Below, one piece after another: positions 27,822-32,000 of a DNA stretch of 32,000 nucleotides (positions are counted from its first letter, which is position 1; each line of letters begins with the position of its first letter). This DNA comes from Microcystis aeruginosa NIES-2549. Lineage in GTDB: Bacteria > Cyanobacteriota > Cyanobacteriia > Cyanobacteriales > Microcystaceae. The notes beneath the pieces were generated by a model that searched no databases, was not told the origin of the DNA, and saw only the letters and a program-made list of their open reading frames with translations. Position numbers and translations under genes: made by a program. The DNA lies in the NCBI RefSeq assembly GCF_000981785.2, contig NZ_CP011304.1, positions 2,880,001 through 2,912,000 of the forward strand, read 5' to 3'.

Positions 27822-28541
27822 ATGGCTGAAGAAACCCTCCTAATTGCAGCTAACCCACAAGGGATCAAGCTACCACCGACCCAAGATGAGCTACCTTCTG
27901 ATGATGGTATTCCCATGGAAACCCAGCGACACGGACTGCAAATGCAGTTATTAGTTAGACCTCTCTCCCAATGGTTAAAAACTCAGGGACGAGAAGCGTT
28001 TGTCGGAGGCAATATGTTTGTTTACTTTAGCCCTAATCAAGTGCGTAACGAGGATTATCGCGGGCCCGATGTATTTGTAGTTGTGGACGTGCCTCGAAAA
28101 GAAAGGAAAAGCTGGGTCGTCTGGGAAGAAGAGAAAGCCCCTGATGTGGTGATTGAGTTGCTCTCTGAAAGTACAGCGCAAAAAGATAAAGAAGAGAAAA
28201 AACTCATCTATCAGAATCGTTTGCGGGTGACAGAATACTTTTGGTATGATCCCTTTGACCCAGAAGATTTAGCGGGACATCGCTTAGAAGGGGGTGTTTA
28301 TAAATCTTTAAACCCAGATGCTCAAGGCAGGTTCAGCAGCGAAATATTAGGGCTAGTGTTAGTGCGGTGGCAGGGAATTTATGGGGATGAACAAGAGCCG
28401 ATTACTTGGCTACGTTGGGCAACAGCAGAGGGGCAATTGCTCCCCACCATAGAGGAGTTGGCCGAGCAGGAAAAGCAACGGGCTGAACGCTTGGCAGCAA
28501 AATTAAGAGCGCTAGGAGTTGAAGTTGATGATAGTGTATGA
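27822..28541 (+). CDS. Uma2-family (DUF820) putative PD-(D/E)xK endonuclease with a C-terminal coiled-coil tail, divergent paralog
   Basis: LPSDDGIPMETQRH...GPDVFVVVDVP...APDVVIELLSESTAQKDKEEKKLIYQNRLRVTEYFWYDP is the Uma2 pattern as I recall it. Tail: EQEKQRAERLAAKLRALGVEVDDSV. ATG 27822 is preferred over TTG 27801. Confidence 0.75.
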   Translation: MAEETLLIAANPQGIKLPPTQDELPSDDGIPMETQRHGLQMQLLVRPLSQWLKTQGREAFVGGNMFVYFSPNQVRNEDYRGPDVFVVVDVPRKERKSWVVWEEEKAPDVVIELLSESTAQKDKEEKKLIYQNRLRVTEYFWYDPFDPEDLAGHRLEGGVYKSLNPDAQGRFSSEILGLVLVRWQGIYGDEQEPITWLRWATAEGQLLPTIEELAEQEKQRAERLAAKLRALGVEVDDSV

Positions 28542-28656
28542 AATAATTGCAGGCATTGTCCACCTACAGGTCTATTTGATAATTAATTTAATGCACCTAC
28601 TTAGTCGTGGACAGTTTATGAGAGCTTATTAAATATAGGAAGGACTGTTTACGACA

Positions 28657-29448
28657 ATGACACCATCTACAATTAATTTGTTCAAAAAATCAACGATAAT
28701 CACCTGGGAAAAACTGCCAGATGATTTTATTCTACCTGACGAACCTGTGGACAACAACTTGCAACCCCTATTAGCAGCAGCTTTACGAGAATCGTTAGAA
28801 TTAGCAGGACTAATTCTAGAATCGATGCTAATTGCCTCTAATTTTGGCTTGTGTGCTACCGTTAAAACTCAAACTGTTGTCAAAGCACCTGATTGGGTTT
28901 ATATTCCCTCAGTAAAACCGATTGCTAGTGGAGAAATTCGGCGCAGTTATACTCCCCATCTCCAAGGAGAAATTCCTACCATCGTCCTAGAGTTTATCTC
29001 GGAAACCGAAGGGGGTGAGTATTCCATCAATCCTCACTATCCCTATGGAAAATGGTATTTTTACGAGCAAATCTTACAAGTACCTGTCTATGGAATATTT
29101 CAGCCAAAAACAGGAGAATTAGAAATTTATCGATTGAATCAAGGAAGGTATGAACAACAAAAACCTGATGAAAACAATCGTTATTGGATAGCAGAGATTA
29201 ACTTATTTTTGGGAGTCTGGCAAGGAACCAAAGCTGAATTTACTACTAATTGGTTGCGCTGGTGGGATAAGTCGGGCAATCTGTTATTATGGGGGAGTGA
29301 GTTAGTAGAGCAAGAAAAGCAACGGGCAGAGCAAGAAAAGCAACGAGCCGCGCAAGAAAAACTGAAGGCCGAGCAAGAAAAGCAACGGGCCGAACGCTTG
29401 GCGGCACAATTGCGATCGCTGGGAGTTGAAGTTGATGATAGTGTATGA
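28657..29448 (+). CDS. Uma2-family putative endonuclease, tandem paralog A, 263 aa
   Basis: WEKLPDDFILPDEPVDNNLQP...KAPDWVYIPSV...IPTIVLEFISETEGGEY...YGKWYFYEQILQVPVYGIFQP. The tail has a 4x heptad repeat and ends RLAAQLRSLGVEVDDSV. Confidence 0.75.
   Translation: MTPSTINLFKKSTIITWEKLPDDFILPDEPVDNNLQPLLAAALRESLELAGLILESMLIASNFGLCATVKTQTVVKAPDWVYIPSVKPIASGEIRRSYTPHLQGEIPTIVLEFISETEGGEYSINPHYPYGKWYFYEQILQVPVYGIFQPKTGELEIYRLNQGRYEQQKPDENNRYWIAEINLFLGVWQGTKAEFTTNWLRWWDKSGNLLLWGSELVEQEKQRAEQEKQRAAQEKLKAEQEKQRAERLAAQLRSLGVEVDDSV
29308..29391 (+). repeat. In-frame 21-bp tandem repeat x4 (EQEKQRA heptads) in the tail of paralog A
   Basis: Units at 29308, 29329, 29350 and 29371: gagcaagaaaagcaacgggca / gagcaagaaaagcaacgagcc / gcgcaagaaaaactgaaggcc / gagcaagaaaagcaacgggcc. 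The gene ending at 28541 has a single unit. Confidence 0.9.
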
Positions 29449-29564
29449 GATAATTGCAGGCATTGTCCACCTAGATGTCTATTTTATAATTAATTTAATG
29501 CACCTACTTAGTTGCGGGCAGTTTATGAGAGCTTATTAAATATTAGGAAGGACTGTTTACGACA

Positions 29565-30332
29565 ATGACACCATCTACAATTAATTTGTTCAAAAAATCA
29601 ACGATAATCACCTGGGAAAAACTGCCAGATGATTTTATTCTACCTGACGAACCTGTGGACAACAACTTGCAACCCCTATTAGCAGCAGCTTTACGAGAAT
29701 CGTTAGAATTAGCAGGACTAATTCTAGAATCGATGCTAATTGCCTCTAATTTTGGCTTGTGTGCTACCGTTAAAACTCAAACTGTTGTCAAAGCACCTGA
29801 TTGGGTTTATATTCCCTCAGTAAAACCCATTGCTAGTGGAGAAATTCGGCGCAGTTACACTCCCCACCTCCAAGGAGAAATTCCTACCATCGTCCTAGAG
29901 TTTATCTCGGAAACCGAAGGGGGTGAATATTCCATCAACCCTCACTATCCCTATGGAAAATGGTATTTTTACGAGCAAATCTTACAAGTACCTGTCTATG
30001 GAATATTTCAGCCAAAAACCGGAGAATTAGAAATTTATCGATTGAATCAAGGAAGATATGAACAACAAAAAACTAATGAAAACAATCGTTATTGGATAGC
30101 AGAGATTAACTTATTTTTGGGAGTCTGGCAGGGAAAAAAAGCGGAAGTAACAGCCTATTGGTTACGTTGGTGGGATAAGTCGGGCAATCTGTTATTGTGG
30201 GGGAGTGAGTTAGTGGAGCAAGAGCGTCAACGAGCCGAACAAGCTGAGTTAGAACTTGAGCAAGAACGAATTTCTCGCCAACGTTTGGTGCAAAAGTTAA
30301 AAGAGTTGGGAGTCAATCCTGAAAATCTATAG
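29565..30332 (+). CDS. Uma2-family putative endonuclease, tandem paralog B, 255 aa
   Basis: Residues 1-168 are identical in protein to paralog A. It differs in the patch QQKTNENN...GKKAEVTAYW and in the tail (..ELGVNPENL). Confidence 0.75.
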   Translation: MTPSTINLFKKSTIITWEKLPDDFILPDEPVDNNLQPLLAAALRESLELAGLILESMLIASNFGLCATVKTQTVVKAPDWVYIPSVKPIASGEIRRSYTPHLQGEIPTIVLEFISETEGGEYSINPHYPYGKWYFYEQILQVPVYGIFQPKTGELEIYRLNQGRYEQQKTNENNRYWIAEINLFLGVWQGKKAEVTAYWLRWWDKSGNLLLWGSELVEQERQRAEQAELELEQERISRQRLVQKLKELGVNPENL

Positions 30333-30366
30333 CCCATTTTAGATATTTGAATTAGTGAAATTACTT

Positions 30367-31113
30367 ATGACAGCCATGCAACTACTTCAGTCAAACCCCT
30401 TACCAACTATTACCTGGGAAAAACTGCCAGAAGATTTCATTCTACCTGACGAACCTGTGGACAACAACTTGCAACCCCTATTAGCAGCAGCTTTACGAGA
30501 ATCGTTAGAATTAGCAGGACTAATTCTAGAATCGATGCTAATTGCCTCTAATTTTGGCTTGTGTGCTACCGTTAAAACTCAAACTGTTGTCAAAGCACCT
30601 GATTGGGTTTATATTCCCTCAGTAAAACCCATTGCTAGTGGAGAAATTCGGCGCAGTTACACTCCCCACCTCGAAGGAGAAATTCCTACCATCGTCCTAG
30701 AGTTTATCTCGGAAACCGAAGGGGGTGAGTATTCCATCAATCCTCACTATCCCTATGGAAAATGGTATTTTTACGAGCAAATCTTACAAGTACCTGTCTA
30801 TGGAATATTTCAGCCAAAAACGGGAGAATTAGAAATTTATCGATTAAATCAAGGAAGGTATGAACAACAAAAACCTGATGAAAACAATCGTTATTGGATA
30901 GCAGAGATTAACTTATTTTTGGGAGTCTGGCAAGGAACCAAAGCTGAATTTACTACTAATTGGTTGCGCTGGTGGGATAAGTCGGGCAATCTGTTATTAT
31001 GGGGGAGTGAACGAGTCGCACAAACTGAATATCAACTCGAACAGGAGCGAATGTTACGGCAAAAATTAGCTGAAAAATTAAGAGAATTAGGCGTTGAACC
31101 AGAAACCTTGTAG
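30367..31113 (+). CDS. Uma2-family putative endonuclease, tandem paralog C, about 248 aa
   Basis: Distinct N-terminus (MTAMQLLQSNPLPTI). The core is near-identical to A and B. It has the A-type variable patch (PDENN...GTKAEFTTNW) and a B-like tail class (..ELGVEPETL). ATG 30367 is preferred over GTG 30355. Confidence 0.75.
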   Translation: MTAMQLLQSNPLPTITWEKLPEDFILPDEPVDNNLQPLLAAALRESLELAGLILESMLIASNFGLCATVKTQTVVKAPDWVYIPSVKPIASGEIRRSYTPHLEGEIPTIVLEFISETEGGEYSINPHYPYGKWYFYEQILQVPVYGIFQPKTGELEIYRLNQGRYEQQKPDENNRYWIAEINLFLGVWQGTKAEFTTNWLRWWDKSGNLLLWGSERVAQTEYQLEQERMLRQKLAEKLRELGVEPETL

Positions 31114-31174
31114 GAGACTTGTCAAATGCTGATAAAATCATGGAAGGAATCTTGGTAATGATTCGGGGCTGAAG

Positions 31175-32000
31175 ATGCAACCTAACCTAACAAATGACTT
31201 AAATCACATTCTTGCCCATACTAAAACCCTGTGGGAGGAATTGCGGGGACAACGGATATTTATTACCGGAGGTACAGGCTTTTTTGGCTGTTGGCTTCTG
31301 GAAAGTTTTATCTGGGCCAATGATCAGCTAGACTTAAAAGCATCGGCAGTGGTTTTAACCAGAAATCCTGATAGTTTCAGGCAAAAAGCTCCTCATTTAG
31401 CCAATCATCCCGCTATTCAATTCCATAGCGGTGATGTTAGGTCATTTCAGTTTCCTGAAGGGGAGTTTTCTTATATTATTCATGGTGCCACTGAAGCGAG
31501 TGCCAAGCTCAATCAAGAAGATCCCTTACTAATGTTTGATACGATTATTGAGGGAACACGACATACTTTAGAATTTGCTAAATTTTGTCAGGCTAAAAAG
31601 TTCTTATTAACCAGTTCCGGTGCCGTTTATGGCAAGCAGCCATCAGAAATCACCCATGTTTCTGAAGACTATTTAGGCTCTCCTGATTTAACTAATCCGG
31701 GTTATGCTTATGCAGAAGGAAAACGAGCCGCGGAAATGCTCTGTACTCTTTATGCTAAACAACAGGGATTAGAAACGAAAATTGCTCGTTGCTTTGCCTT
31801 TGTCGGTCCCTATTTGCCCCTGGATACCCATTTTGCTATTGGTAATTTCATTCGAGATGGTATGACGGGGGGGCCGATTCTCATCCAGGGGGATGGTACT
31901 CCTTATCGTTCTTACCTCTATGCGGCGGATTTGGCGATTTGGCTGTGGACAATTTTGTTTAAGGGAAAATCATGCTACCCTTACAATGTCGGTTCAGATG
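31175..32000 (+). CDS. NAD-dependent epimerase/dehydratase (extended SDR), 5' partial; continues beyond the window
   Basis: Not in the track because it is open at the window edge. Hand translation: [49 protein letters not shown]...[10 protein letters not shown]...[12 protein letters not shown] (GxxGxxG and YxxxK). Confidence 0.8.
   Translation, partial: MQPNLTNDLNHILAHTKTLWEELRGQRIFITGGTGFFGCWLLESFIWANDQLDLKASAVVLTRNPDSFRQKAPHLANHPAIQFHSGDVRSFQFPEGEFSYIIHGATEASAKLNQEDPLLMFDTIIEGTRHTLEFAKFCQAKKFLLTSSGAVYGKQPSEITHVSEDYLGSPDLTNPGYAYAEGKRAAEMLCTLYAKQQGLETKIARCFAFVGPYLPLDTHFAIGNFIRDGMTGGPILIQGDGTPYRSYLYAADLAIWLWTILFKGKSCYPYNVGSD

Larger units (their letters stand above)
28461..31010 (+). repeat. 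Tandem repeat array spanning three Uma2 paralogs; periods 908 bp (A to B) and 802 bp (B to C)
   Basis: A 599-bp core occurs three times in register: 28702..29300, 29610..30208 and 30412..31010. It is about 96-99% identical by eye. The tail plus 115/116-nt spacer preceding copies A and B is also duplicated (28461..28656 vs 29368..29564). Confidence 0.9.

Noticed and set aside
28461-31010. Possibility that the regular ~800-900-bp repeats are a CRISPR array or an IS element
   Set aside because: The repeat units are full-length protein-coding paralogs, not 25-40-bp repeats with unique spacers. There are no terminal inverted repeats and no transposase. No cas gene occurs in the window.
29246-31180. 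Two 74-aa minus-strand ORFs (29246..29470 and 30956..31180) with identical C-termini (HSPIITDCPTYPTSATN)
   Set aside because: The identity only reflects the duplicated Uma2 core DNA read antisense. There is no independent coding evidence.

Overview
This is a cyanobacterial chromosome segment. The evidence is HIP1 GCGATCGC sites, many heptanucleotide tandem repeats, a split beta-prime RNA polymerase subunit and a tatD-rpoB-rpoC2 gene order. Assignment to the Synechocystis/Microcystis-like group is my inference from memory, not a search.

nt 1-19,000 looks like core genome. It holds a 3'-truncated cNMP-domain/C39-like/ABC exporter preceded by a parvulin PPIase, tRNA-Ser(UGA), a GNAT, tRNA-Pro(UGG), rpoC2, rpoB, tatD, rpsT, gmd, a GT2 and small housekeeping genes (tyrA, cupin, SRPBCC, a nitrate-reductase-associated protein, a DUF2949-like protein).

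nt 19,300-32,000 is a surface-polysaccharide (O-antigen-like) locus. It encodes a CDP-3,6-dideoxyhexose pathway (rfbF, rfbG, rfbH/E1 and an SDR), a GtrB-like polyprenyl-phosphate glycosyltransferase, and another SDR that runs off the window.

That locus carries three independent scars:
1. A 1.6-kb AT-rich insertion encoding an uncharacterised polytopic membrane protein, bracketed by 270-bp direct duplications of the rfbF/rfbG junction. This is a Campbell-type integration signature with no recombinase in view.
2. A fragmented GT-C-like membrane gene downstream of the GtrB-like gene.
3. A tandem array of four Uma2/DUF820 (PD-(D/E)xK nuclease-like) genes. Three share a ~599-bp near-identical core but combine different N-termini, an internal variable patch and C-terminal coiled-coil tails. 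One tail carries a 21-bp x4 in-frame repeat.

The Uma2 cassette array is the best candidate here for an undescribed system. The rpoB-rpoC2 spacer is also unusual: it is built almost entirely from four heptamer repeat families, including a G-quadruplex motif on the template strand.

No CRISPR array, rRNA, transposase or integrase was seen. All identities and counts are by-eye estimates, not computed.
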